Shown: positions 9,626-18,794, counted from the stretch's first letter. The stretch: 64,000 nucleotides of DNA from an uncultured Desulfosarcina sp. (GCA_963674945.2 CAXXWQ010000003.1:704001-768000); one strand, 5' to 3'. Numbers and translations: made by a program. Notes: generated by a model not told the origin, from the letters alone.

Positions 9626-11341
9626 TTAGGGTTGCTGGAGTGAAAGCAACCGGACACCATTTTTCTGATACAACAATTCGGTATTTTTTTGAAAGGCATT
9701 TTCAAAAACCCGTCTGTCATCGACGCTTAATGATATCATCCATCTGAAAAAGATATTCGTATCGATGATAATATGGGTCGTACCATATCTATGAAGCCTC
9801 TTTAACAAAACCGCTTCACTATAACTTCCGTCTACCTTCTTATAGAAATCTTCAGCCAGATGAGCCGATCTTTTCAGATAATAGGTTCTGTCTCCAATGG
9901 AAAGGCATAAAACACGCGCCGATTCCGGAAGGATCCGGTTCGCTTCTTCAATAACAGGATATTCGCTGCGGTACCGCGTTATATAGGCATCCCGATCAAC
10001 TTTCCCGGTGATGTATTCTATCGGTCTTATGTATCCGAATTGACCGTATATGTATTTCACGTTGAGAGCGAGGGTGATGAACAACAAGATCGATACCACC
10101 GTCCAGCCGTATCTTCTTGCGATGTTGCCCCGCTGCCGAATCATTTGACAGAGATTCTGCAAACCGAAAACGGAAAGGACGACAACTGCCGGCAGCGCGG
10201 GCGCCATGTATCGGATTCGGTAGTCGGCGCGAAACAGCACAAACAGGGGAAACAGAACAGAAAAGATGAGAAAAAAACGTCGGTGTTGCTTCCACCTTTG
10301 ATTACGGATAGATTTTGAAGGCAAAAACGCCAGAATGGAGAAAAACAATAAAAAGGGATTCAGTTTCCCGTCGAAATATTTGGGGTTGTTGTCCTGCCCC
10401 TGAAAGAACGCTCTTACGGGAATGAGCAATGTCTGCAAGAAAGATTCGTGGTAAACATGGCGGCGCATCCAGAATGCATTGCGTGGTGCCTTTTTTTCCT
10501 GTTGCACCGGTTTGTCCACAGCGACTTTTCCAGGCGGATTGAACACACTATTGAACAGTGGATAGACCGGATTATGCTTCCATACGACGTTGCGAATCAT
10601 CCATGGTGAAAAAACAGTCAACGCGATCAGGATAAAAACAATCCCGAAACCTGCGCCCTTTACCGAATTTTGATAACGTTTTTTATAGTCACGTCTCAAT
10701 ATGGCCTGATTCGTTTTCATGGAATAGGTCAACGGAATCAGGGTGGACATGATCAGCAAAAGGATCAATCCATTGTATTTGGTACCAAGAGCCAATCCGC
10801 AGGCGATACCGGAGGATACAAGATACCGTTTCGAGAAATCATTGTCATACCATCGGACAAAGCAGAAAAGCGTTGCCCATGAGAAGAAGATCAGCCCCAG
10901 ATCCACGTAAGCCGTGACGGAAAGCTTTACAACGATGGGAGTACTTAAAAAAAGAAGGGCGCCAATGAGCGCATAGATTCGATTTGAACCGGCCTTCAGG
11001 TACCGGTAGATCAGTCCGGCCGTCAGCAGGGCGAACAAGAAATGGATATACTTTGCCCCGATATCGAAATCGAGATAGAGCGGGATCATATACAACAGAT
11101 CCAGATTCATGGGAAAGTAGGAAAAATGCATGGAGGGAATCTCATATATCCCGCCATGCGCGAGATACATCTTGGGTACCACCAGGTGATGAATCAATGC
11201 GTCTCGACTGACCGGGGGCACACTGGCGAGAATGGTCACACAGCAAAGGCAGGCCAATATCCCAGCCGCCAGCAACCAGGCGATGGTGGCCTGACATCGC
11301 GGTGATTCCTGCTCTTCACTACTATCATATTCCGTAATCAT
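9626..11341 (-). CDS. GT-C fold lipid-carrier-dependent glycosyltransferase (ArnT/PMT-like)
   Basis: Multi-TM; DAL.HHL..PK, YVD, GLALGTKY, PW..RN......NP.YP, RY..P. Confidence 0.75.
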   Translation of the reverse strand: MITEYDSSEEQESPRCQATIAWLLAAGILACLCCVTILASVPPVSRDALIHHLVVPKMYLAHGGIYEIPSMHFSYFPMNLDLLYMIPLYLDFDIGAKYIHFLFALLTAGLIYRYLKAGSNRIYALIGALLFLSTPIVVKLSVTAYVDLGLIFFSWATLFCFVRWYDNDFSKRYLVSSGIACGLALGTKYNGLILLLIMSTLIPLTYSMKTNQAILRRDYKKRYQNSVKGAGFGIVFILIALTVFSPWMIRNVVWKHNPVYPLFNSVFNPPGKVAVDKPVQQEKKAPRNAFWMRRHVYHESFLQTLLIPVRAFFQGQDNNPKYFDGKLNPFLLFFSILAFLPSKSIRNQRWKQHRRFFLIFSVLFPLFVLFRADYRIRYMAPALPAVVVLSVFGLQNLCQMIRQRGNIARRYGWTVVSILLFITLALNVKYIYGQFGYIRPIEYITGKVDRDAYITRYRSEYPVIEEANRILPESARVLCLSIGDRTYYLKRSAHLAEDFYKKVDGSYSEAVLLKRLHRYGTTHIIIDTNIFFRWMISLSVDDRRVFENAFQKNTELLYQKNGVRLLSLQQP

Positions 11342-11351
11342 ATTCTATTCA

Positions 11352-12554
11352 TCACCTTGTTGATTCGATTACCGGAGACAGGACCTCTTTGGGAATCACC
11401 CCCGAATAGATCGATCCATTGATCAGAAAACTCGGCGTCGCGGTAACGTTATGGGAGGCAGCGGCATGAATATCGGCCGCCAACTGGGATAGCAGACGAC
11501 CATCGGTCAGGGCCTTTTGAAACTCTTTGAGATCCAACCCCGCCTCTTCACATATGGCTTTTAAGTGAAATGATTTTTTTTCTCGTGCCTCCCGAAAAAG
11601 AATATCATTGACCTGCCAGAATTTATTTTGTTCGTGAGCGTAAATGGCCAGAAGGGAGAGAAGGCCGGATTTCTCATGAACCGGCTCCTTTATCAACGGA
11701 TTGGACTGATGGTCCAACGGAAAATGCCGGTGAACCAAGCGTATTTTATTCGGATATTCGCTCACCAGTCCTCTCAAATGCCGATGCATTTTACCGCATT
11801 GAAAACACATGTAGTCGGTGAACTCGACGATGGTAAGCATCGGTTCTTCCGCCCCGATCCAGGGAGTGCCGTCGCCGTTTGTGCCGGTCTTGATGCTCGG
11901 ATCGCTGGGCAGCGGTCGGTATTGCCAGTAATTGGGATAAAAGGCAACGGCCGACGAAAATAGGACGACATAACAAACAGCGATGGCAACCCATCTTCCG
12001 CGGTTGCGGATCATCGATCGGATATCCGCCTTCAGATTCTTGACGAAAGATCCGGATTCAAACCGTTTGCCGGCCATCCATGTGATTAGCAGCAAGAGGA
12101 GATTGACGCCGTAAGTGGCGATACACATGATGCAATAGCTTTTGATGTAAAACTGGGAAACCAATGCCAGGGCCAGGCTGCATAGGGAGAAGAGGCCGGA
12201 TGTGACAACCAGAATGCCCAGTCCCTCAAATCGTCTCTCCCCGGACCTGAAGAAAAACATCGTCGTAAGGAAAAAAAGATAGCCCGCAACGCCCCATGCG
12301 GCGACGGGCACGCCCATGAAAACGGCATAAGGGCTTTGGGACACCGTGTCGCAGTTCAGGGAACGGCTGATGGCGCAAAAACTCTGGTATTGAAGGTCGG
12401 CAAAGTTGCGGTAGTGGGAAAAGACAAGATAGGCCGATGTGGCGATACCGGCCAGGCAGATTACAAAAATGATGATGAAATATGTGGTCGATGAGAAGCG
12501 GCTGTCTTGAAGTTGATGTTCTTTGGTATTCACCGGGCTGCCGAATCGTATCAA
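11352..12554 (-). CDS. Vitamin K epoxide reductase (VKOR) - DsbA/thioredoxin fusion
   Basis: Loop cysteines SFCAISRSLNC, TM CIMC, thioredoxin CFQC, HFPL, TP cis-Pro loop; start may be GTG 12533. Confidence 0.88.
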   Translation of the reverse strand: MIRFGSPVNTKEHQLQDSRFSSTTYFIIIFVICLAGIATSAYLVFSHYRNFADLQYQSFCAISRSLNCDTVSQSPYAVFMGVPVAAWGVAGYLFFLTTMFFFRSGERRFEGLGILVVTSGLFSLCSLALALVSQFYIKSYCIMCIATYGVNLLLLLITWMAGKRFESGSFVKNLKADIRSMIRNRGRWVAIAVCYVVLFSSAVAFYPNYWQYRPLPSDPSIKTGTNGDGTPWIGAEEPMLTIVEFTDYMCFQCGKMHRHLRGLVSEYPNKIRLVHRHFPLDHQSNPLIKEPVHEKSGLLSLLAIYAHEQNKFWQVNDILFREAREKKSFHLKAICEEAGLDLKEFQKALTDGRLLSQLAADIHAAASHNVTATPSFLINGSIYSGVIPKEVLSPVIESTR

Positions 12555-12635
12555 GAGAAAGGGTAATAATTACAGGTTCAGTTTTCTGTATACCATTGGA
12601 ACTGTTTTTTTATCAACGAGGAGATTGAAATAGCG

Positions 12636-12667
12636 AAAGGGAGGGGCATATCGCCCCCCCCCCCATT
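12636..12667 (-). terminator. Probable intrinsic terminator after pilA
   Basis: G-rich stem (11-C tract on + strand pairing with GGGAGGGGC) followed by a short U run on minus strand. Confidence 0.55.
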
Positions 12668-12703
12668 TGAATCGCTTGTTGAATATCAGCTCAGGCTAAT
12701 GAA

Positions 12704-13150
12704 TTACTCCATGGCCATGATTTTGAGATATACATTGCTACCATCCCAGTATCCGCGGGGATCGTTATCCGCATCCTGCGAGGCCTGATAATCCGCGGGG
12801 CAACGGGCGGATACGTCGTTAACGGTGATTTCGATAGCATCAAGATCGGTTGCATCGACAGACCAGGTATTTTTATTGGAAAGAAGCGCTCTAACATAGG
12901 TTTTTCCATTGTCATCCGACAAAAGCGATGCGTTGGTCACGCTGATGTTTGCGGGAATGGCAAAGTAATCGGCGATGGCGGCGGCGATGGAGTTGGCATC
13001 ACTTTCACCGGCGGAGCAGAAGCTCTTGTTACGATAGGCGATGAAGTTGGGGATGGCGATGGCCGCCAAAATACCGATGATGGCGATGACGATCATCAAT
13101 TCGATCAGTGTGAAACCCTTGCTGTCCATTTTTCTCATTTTGCTAAGCAT
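12704..13150 (-). CDS. pilA: Type IVa major pilin
   Basis: KG|FTLIELMIVIAIIGILAAIAIP prepilin motif; GGAGG RBS; sigma54 promoter; pilR nearby. Confidence 0.93.
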   Translation of the reverse strand: MLSKMRKMDSKGFTLIELMIVIAIIGILAAIAIPNFIAYRNKSFCSAGESDANSIAAAIADYFAIPANISVTNASLLSDDNGKTYVRALLSNKNTWSVDATDLDAIEITVNDVSARCPADYQASQDADNDPRGYWDGSNVYLKIMAME

Positions 13151-13270
13151 GTGGAACCCTCCTAAGTAAGTTAATGATAAATAAGTTAGTGGTAAAAAGT
13201 TAGAGTTAACAAAACAGTCGAAAAAGCGTTATCGGTAATTTGCCTCCTTTGTAATCTCGTCTACGTACAT

Positions 13271-13286
13271 AGCAGATAGCATGCCA
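13271..13286 (-). promoter_or_regulatory. Sigma54 -24/-12 promoter of pilA
   Basis: TGGCATGCTATCTGCT with correct GG-N10-GC spacing about 120 nt upstream of pilA. Confidence 0.75.
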
Positions 13287-13390
13287 TTTCAAAAAAATAT
13301 GAATATTTTTCCTTACGAACTGATTTTACAGTATATTTTATCCATCCTGCTGAAGCGATGTTTTGGATCCAACGAGAATGCGGCTGTGAG

Positions 13391-13428
13391 CTGTCAAAAA
13401 TTGTTTGATCTTTGCCAAAATTTGTCAT
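13391..13428. promoter_or_regulatory. Candidate PilR enhancer site
   Basis: Repeated TGTCA/TGCCA-AAA units (ctgtcaaaaattgt..ttgccaaaatttgtca) about 105-140 bp upstream of the sigma54 site. Confidence 0.45.
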
Positions 13429-13580
13429 CGTAGAAGCGGGCCTTTGCAAAGGTACTCGTTAACGTTCTATAGTCGTTATCGCACTCAGGTGGAAAAGGTT
13501 TAGGTATTTTTCTTCAGTTCGGAAATTCTTGCTCGCAGGCAGGCGCCAATGAATAATGATGCCAACGAAATGTTGTAGGA

Positions 13581-13780
13581 AGAATTCAGAAGTCAGGAGT
13601 CAGCATTAAGGAGCCAGAATGAATTTGATGTCGCTTCGCTTAACCGATTGGACTAGAATGGATCAAGCCGAAGGTGACTACCTGGTTCCCGTGTGAAACT
13701 AGACCAAAATGGGATAGTTTCAGTCAAGGTTCAAACCCACCAAGGTCGGCGGCGGCGCTGAATTCTGACTTCCGGATTTT
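13581..13780. repeat. Heptamer-armed palindromic element, copy 1, interrupted by a ~68 bp insert
   Basis: Matches 29181-29305 (GGAGCCAGAATGAAT.TGATGTCGCTTCGCT core; CTGAATTCTGACT right arm resumes at 13758). Confidence 0.75.
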
Positions 13781-13901
13781 TGTAACAATCAAAAGGAAAA
13801 GCCAATGAACGCTGATATAGTCCAGAGAACCAAGTTTTATACACCTCAATAAAAATTCAAAAACCGAAAAGCGATTCGGGGGTGAATCGTCGATGAGGCA
13901 A

Positions 13902-14312
13902 TCAATCAAACAGGGATAGAAATTCCGTTGGCTCAAAGATCTTAAGGTCGGATACTGAAAAGTCTTTTGCATTTCTGGTGATAACAACATCAGCACCAAC
14001 CATCTTGCCGGCTTCTTCCAGGACGGCATCTTCAAAATCATTGATCTTGCTTGCCAGCGCGCGTTCGATTACCGGCCTGTTTACCCCGGCAATTTCAAAC
14101 AGGCTGATAAGTCCGCTTAAAGCCTTCCGGGCCTCCGGTTTCGGAAGCGCCTTTTCCAGAAGGTAATCAATGGTTGTTACGGTAGTGGCACAAAGGTAAG
14201 CATCAACAAGGGACATTTCTGCCAGGCGGAAAACAGCAACAGCGGAATCCACGAAAGGTTCACGTGCGAGCAGCACATCGAGCACGACATTCGTATCGAC
14301 AATTACTCTCAA
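13902..14312 (-). CDS. PIN-domain toxin (VapC-like)
   Basis: VDTNVVLD, DFEDA, ITRN.KDF. Confidence 0.9.
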   Translation of the reverse strand: MRVIVDTNVVLDVLLAREPFVDSAVAVFRLAEMSLVDAYLCATTVTTIDYLLEKALPKPEARKALSGLISLFEIAGVNRPVIERALASKINDFEDAVLEEAGKMVGADVVITRNAKDFSVSDLKIFEPTEFLSLFD

Positions 14313-14548
14313 AGGTACTTTTCCCGAAGATAAGCCTTGTAATCTTCCTCGGAGATTTTCTTTCCTTTTATAACGCCGACAAGGGAAGCCGTTGTGGGAG
14401 GTAATTCCTCTTCATATTTCCGCTGCAATCCAATCGATTCAATATACTCGGCCACCATAACGGATACAGATTTTCCACGGCGTCTGGCCTCTTCTTTGGC
14501 CTTTTGAACTATCGTGTCGTCCATTCGTAATGTGAGCTTTGTCTTCAT
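14309..14548 (-). CDS. RHH-type antitoxin (DUF6364-like)
   Basis: MKTKLTLRMD..SVS..VAEY..YL.EKY; 4-nt overlap with PIN gene. Confidence 0.85.
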   Translation of the reverse strand: MKTKLTLRMDDTIVQKAKEEARRRGKSVSVMVAEYIESIGLQRKYEEELPPTTASLVGVIKGKKISEEDYKAYLREKYL

Positions 14549-14585
14549 GACGTATACTATAAATCCACGTGTACGTCACCGTCAA
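14548..14585 (-). promoter_or_regulatory. Sigma70 promoter and inverted-repeat operator of the TA pair
   Basis: TTGACG-N18-TATAGT-N7-ATG; IR TGACGTATAC (14548-14557)/GTGTACGTCA (14569-14578). Confidence 0.7.
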
Positions 14586-14626
14586 GTTTTTTATATGAAA
14601 ACAAGTGAATTCTCAGGGCCCCACCC

Positions 14627-16018
14627 TCAATTGGGGGCAAGCTTGTCGACACGATAACGAAAGGATCGCAGACTCAGGCCGAGAAGGTCGGCGGCCCTTT
14701 TCTTGTTGTTGTCGGCACAGGCCATGGCTTTTTCGATATACGCCCGCTCGATTTCTTCCAGAATGCTGTCCAGCGATACGCCGTAGGCCACCTCATCGAT
14801 GTCGAAACGGCGTTTTCCCACCCCCTCGATCCATCTTTTTTTATGGATGGACATCGCCAGGCTGTCGGGGAGCAGGATGTTGGTATTGGACAGTGCGACG
14901 CTTCTTTCGATCAGGTTCTCCAGTTCACGGATATTGCCCGGAAAATCGTATTTCTTCAACAGATCGATGGCATAACTGGAAAATTTGGTGACCTGCTTTC
15001 CCGTCTCCTTTGAATATTTTTCCAAAAAATGCTGGGCCAGCGGCAAAAGATCGTTTTTTCGTTCCCGCAACGGAGGAAGGGTAATCTCGATCACATTGAG
15101 GCGGTAAAACAGATCCTCTCGAAACTTACCGGTAATCACCTCGTCTTCCAGTTTTTTATTGGTGGCGGAAACGATACGGATATCCACCGCGATGTCCTTG
15201 GTACCCCCGACAGGCCTGAATACCCGTTCCTGCACGGCCCGTAGCAGTTTCACCTGCATGGGAACGCTCAACTCGGCTACCTCGTCGAGAAAAAGCGTGC
15301 CTTTGTGGGCGATTTCCATCAGTCCCTGCTTGTCCGATGTGGCTCCGGTGAAAGCCCCTTTGCGGTGACCGAAGAATTCACTTTCCAGAAGGTTTTCGGG
15401 AATCCCACCGCAGTTGATGGTCACAAACGGCATATCGACCCGATCGCTTTGTTCATGTATGGCCCTTGCGATCAACTCCTTTCCCGTACCGCTCTCGCCG
15501 GTAATCAGTACGCTCGTTCGGGTCTTGGCCACCTGCCGAATCATATCGTAAATATGGCACATGCGAGGGCTGTTGCCGACGATCTTTCCGAAATGGACAC
15601 TTTGTTTCAGCTCATCATCGATGGCGCGTTTGTCCTTCTCCAACGTCTTTCGCTCCAATGCGTTGGCGATGGTCTGGAGCAATTCTTCATTATCGAAGGG
15701 CTTGGGGACATAGTCGAAGGCACCCTGGTTCATGGCCTCCACGGCAGTCTCGGTAGTGGCGAAGGCGGAAATCATGATCACCGTTACATCGGGATTCTTT
15801 TTCTTTGAGGCCGTTAGCACATCCAGACCGGTCATATCGCCCAGGCGGATGTCGCAGAGCAAAAGATCGTGGTGATCGCTTTCGATCTCCTTGAGCGCCG
15901 CTTTGCCGCTATCGGCACAGCTGACTTGGTATCCTCGTTTTTTCAGTATGATCTCGAGTATTTCACGCATACTACGATCGTCGTCCACGAGAAGAATGCG
16001 ATATTGATGGCTGTCCAT
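14627..16018 (-). CDS. pilR: Sigma54-dependent response regulator (REC-AAA-HTH), PilR-like
   Basis: REC domain, GESGTGKE, GAFTGA, FLDEV, FREDLFYRLNV, PGNIREL; start trimmed to MDSHQ; symbol from pilA context. Confidence 0.85.
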   Translation of the reverse strand: MDSHQYRILLVDDDRSMREILEIILKKRGYQVSCADSGKAALKEIESDHHDLLLCDIRLGDMTGLDVLTASKKKNPDVTVIMISAFATTETAVEAMNQGAFDYVPKPFDNEELLQTIANALERKTLEKDKRAIDDELKQSVHFGKIVGNSPRMCHIYDMIRQVAKTRTSVLITGESGTGKELIARAIHEQSDRVDMPFVTINCGGIPENLLESEFFGHRKGAFTGATSDKQGLMEIAHKGTLFLDEVAELSVPMQVKLLRAVQERVFRPVGGTKDIAVDIRIVSATNKKLEDEVITGKFREDLFYRLNVIEITLPPLRERKNDLLPLAQHFLEKYSKETGKQVTKFSSYAIDLLKKYDFPGNIRELENLIERSVALSNTNILLPDSLAMSIHKKRWIEGVGKRRFDIDEVAYGVSLDSILEEIERAYIEKAMACADNNKKRAADLLGLSLRSFRYRVDKLAPN

Positions 16019-16043
16019 GCGTTTCTCTTTCGTAACTTTTACC

Positions 16044-16727
16044 CTATTCAAGCAAATGTCCCAATCGATTCCATCGAACGCCAAAATTGTCCTTATCCCA
16101 GGACCAATAGATAATAAAGGCCTTGCCCTTGACCGCGACCAGGTCGACAAATCCCCAAAATCGGCTGTCATAGGAGAAGTCCCGGTTGTCTCCCATCACG
16201 AAAAGCTTTCCGGGAGGCACGGTGATGGGACCCAGGTTATCACGGGGCTGTACCGTTGCAGGGTATATCTTATGGTCTTTGTAGACGCCATGGCCATTTT
16301 CAAAACGAACGCCGTTGACGAACAGTTTTTTATTTCGAATTTCGATGACGTCACCAGGGGTGCCGATGACTCGTTTGATGAAGTCTTTGCTTGGATCTTC
16401 CGGAAATTCGAAAACGATGATGTCGCCCGGTTTCGGATCTTTGATGGGAATCACCGTCTTTCGCAAAAACGGTGCCTTGATACCATAGATGAACTTGTTG
16501 ACGAGGATGTGGTCACCGATCAGCAGGGTATCTTTCATGGAGCCGGACGGGATCTTAAATGCCTGAACGACAAAGGTTCGGATGAATAGCGCCAGGATGA
16601 TCGCGACAATAATCGCTTCGATATTTTCACGCAGAGCCCCCTTTTTTTTGGGTGTGTCGTCCGAGTCTACTTTTTTTTTCAAAATAATCGCGGGCCTTTC
16701 CTTTTTATTTCTGTCGGTTATTGTCAT
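16044..16727 (-). CDS. lepB: Signal peptidase I
   Basis: IPSGSM, FIKRVIG.PGD, GDNR..S.DSRFWG; start trimmed to MTITD. Confidence 0.93.
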   Translation of the reverse strand: MTITDRNKKERPAIILKKKVDSDDTPKKKGALRENIEAIIVAIILALFIRTFVVQAFKIPSGSMKDTLLIGDHILVNKFIYGIKAPFLRKTVIPIKDPKPGDIIVFEFPEDPSKDFIKRVIGTPGDVIEIRNKKLFVNGVRFENGHGVYKDHKIYPATVQPRDNLGPITVPPGKLFVMGDNRDFSYDSRFWGFVDLVAVKGKAFIIYWSWDKDNFGVRWNRLGHLLE

Positions 16728-16831
16728 GGGCGTTCTTCGATCGTGCTCGATACTGGGTCGGTTAATGGCACCAGCGGTTACGTTGTCGTTTAATCCGTTC
16801 ACCTGAACCGATTTACCGGCTACATGACGAC

Positions 16832-16880
16832 GAATTTTTACGAATCCGTCCGAACAGCGACTTTTTACGAGATCATCAAT
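16832..16880. repeat. Tandem GAYGRN(T/C)TCGTAAAAA repeat units
   Basis: Minus strand TTGATGATCTCGTAAAAAGTC and GACGGATTCGTAAAAATTC; related to 24943-25041. Confidence 0.5.
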
Positions 16881-17329
16881 TTTACCAATCGAAAAAGACA
16901 ATTGGCAAATAGTCCGGCGATGATGTCGTCCAAAACGATTCCCAATCCACCAGACACCTTTCCATCGATCCATCGGATTGGAAAAGGTTTACATATATCA
17001 AAGAGTCGAAACAATGCAAATCCACAAATGACATTGGCAACGGTAAATGGAAATGCAAACAGGGCGATGGTCATCCCACAGATCTCATCGACCACCACCT
17101 GCCCGGGATCCTTTTCGTCCTCAATTTTTTCGGCAAGATGGGAGATCCAGATGGAAATTAAAGAAACGGCTGAAATCAGTAAAAAAGCCAATGGAACGGA
17201 AAGTCGCGTGATAAACCAGCACAATGGCAGTGCAGCAAGGGAGCCAAATGTCCCCGGTGCTGCAGGCGCGTAACCAATCCATCCTCCCGTAGCAAAAAAG
17301 ATAATGGCTTTGTGTTTTATCTGCTCCAT
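16865..17329 (-). CDS. pgpA: Phosphatidylglycerophosphatase A
   Basis: APGTFGS, DPGQVVVDE, FRLFDI.KP.PI, GIVLDD. Confidence 0.93.
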   Translation of the reverse strand: MEQIKHKAIIFFATGGWIGYAPAAPGTFGSLAALPLCWFITRLSVPLAFLLISAVSLISIWISHLAEKIEDEKDPGQVVVDEICGMTIALFAFPFTVANVICGFALFRLFDICKPFPIRWIDGKVSGGLGIVLDDIIAGLFANCLFRLVKLMIS

Positions 17330-17408
17330 GCCGTTTCGCTCGTGAATTCCGATCTTCTATGAAACACGTTCATTGTTCCGATGAAAAGGACCTTTTTACA
17401 CGAATTGT

Positions 17409-18647
17409 TCATTGGATTCTTTGCGTTTCTTTTTTATCGCGGTTCGCAAGCTCTTCCTTACCTATTATATGGCCCCGGGAAATGGCATCGTTAACCTTTT
17501 CGTAAACCAATCGAAGTGCGAGACCGCTTTCTTGCGCAGCCTTTTTACATGCATGATATTCCGGCGTATACCGTGAATTTCCATCCGGATCGACGATACA
17601 TTTCACCTGAACGATTCCCAGATCCGTCGTAACGTTTTCAATGGATCGGGGTAACGTGAGCCGGTGAACGTTTCGATAGCGAAGACCAATGGTCGATGTT
17701 TCATCGAACAGGCATCTTGTGATCGTTGATCGTTTTTCCATTGGACACATCACCTCGATTTTTGTGCCCGGCCGGTTTTTTTTCATCATGACGGCGGTAT
17801 AACTTACATCCAATGCACCCTCCACAAAAAGCCGATCCATCAAATAGCCAAAAACCTCGGGGCTCATATCATCGATGTTACATTCGACCACACATACATC
17901 CACTTCCTCCCGTAACGTTGCTCCCGTCTTCTTTTCGCCGACGAATACCCGCAACAAATTGGGCATCTCCGTAAAGTCACGGGAACCACTACCATAACCA
18001 ATATCGGATATCTTCATATCGGGAATCGAACCGAATTCTTGAACCATCGTCGCAATGATGGCGGCACCCGTGGGCGTAACCAGCTCTCCGTCCACCGCAC
18101 TACCATAGACAGGAAGCCCCTTGAGGATTTCTGCGGTGGCCGGCGCTGGAACCGGAAGCCTTCCATGCCGGGTCTGGACGAAACCGTTTCCAAGCGGTAG
18201 TGGTGAAGAGGAGGCCGATGTTATATTGAAATGGTCAAAGCACAGGGCGGCCCCAACGATATCCACGATGCTATCCACGGCACCCACTTCGTGAAAGTGA
18301 ACCTTTTCCTTCGGGCATTGGTGTACCTTCGCCTCTGCATCAGCAATGCGGTCAAAAATATCCACGGCTGCATTTTTGACCGACGGTGCAAAAGGACCAT
18401 TTTCAATCAGACATCGTATATCATTGTAATTTCGAATGGGTGCCGGCGACGTTTCAATCACCTCGATCCTTTTTGCGCCAATCCCATTTTTTCGAACCTC
18501 CCTGGAGACGATTTCAATATCGCCAATGGACAGTCGCGCCATCTGATCGGCCAGCCATTGGACGGAAATTCCCATGTCGACGAAAACGCCGAGCACCATA
18601 TCCCCACTGATGCCGGAAAAACAGTCAAAATGTGCGTGCATCATCAT
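17409..18647 (-). CDS. larC: Nickel pincer cofactor biosynthesis protein LarC
   Basis: DCFSGISGDM, HFHEVGAVDSIVD, PVPAPAT, ELVTPTGA, NIDD, MKKNRPG, TIGLR; start within MMM run. Confidence 0.92.
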   Translation of the reverse strand: MMMHAHFDCFSGISGDMVLGVFVDMGISVQWLADQMARLSIGDIEIVSREVRKNGIGAKRIEVIETSPAPIRNYNDIRCLIENGPFAPSVKNAAVDIFDRIADAEAKVHQCPKEKVHFHEVGAVDSIVDIVGAALCFDHFNITSASSSPLPLGNGFVQTRHGRLPVPAPATAEILKGLPVYGSAVDGELVTPTGAAIIATMVQEFGSIPDMKISDIGYGSGSRDFTEMPNLLRVFVGEKKTGATLREEVDVCVVECNIDDMSPEVFGYLMDRLFVEGALDVSYTAVMMKKNRPGTKIEVMCPMEKRSTITRCLFDETSTIGLRYRNVHRLTLPRSIENVTTDLGIVQVKCIVDPDGNSRYTPEYHACKKAAQESGLALRLVYEKVNDAISRGHIIGKEELANRDKKETQRIQ

Positions 18648-18696
18648 CCCTATTGACAAAAGTGCCAATTTTTTTAATAAACGAAAAAATCAAAAA

Positions 18697-18794
18697 GGAA
18701 GTGCGCAGCTTACTGGTGAGGCTCCCGGACTTCAAATCCGGTGTGGGGCGCTAATACCGTCCCGGGTGGGTTCGATTCCCATGCACTTCCGCCA
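18697..18794 (+). tRNA. selC: tRNA-Sec (anticodon TCA)
   Basis: GGAAGTGC/GCACTTCC 8-bp acceptor + GCCA; CCGGA-CTTCAAA-TCCGG anticodon arm; long variable arm; TTCGATT T-loop. Confidence 0.96.

Noticed and set aside
12654..12664. 11-C tract as a phase-variation switch
   Set aside because: Intergenic and explained as one arm of the pilA terminator; an effect on read-through is not excluded
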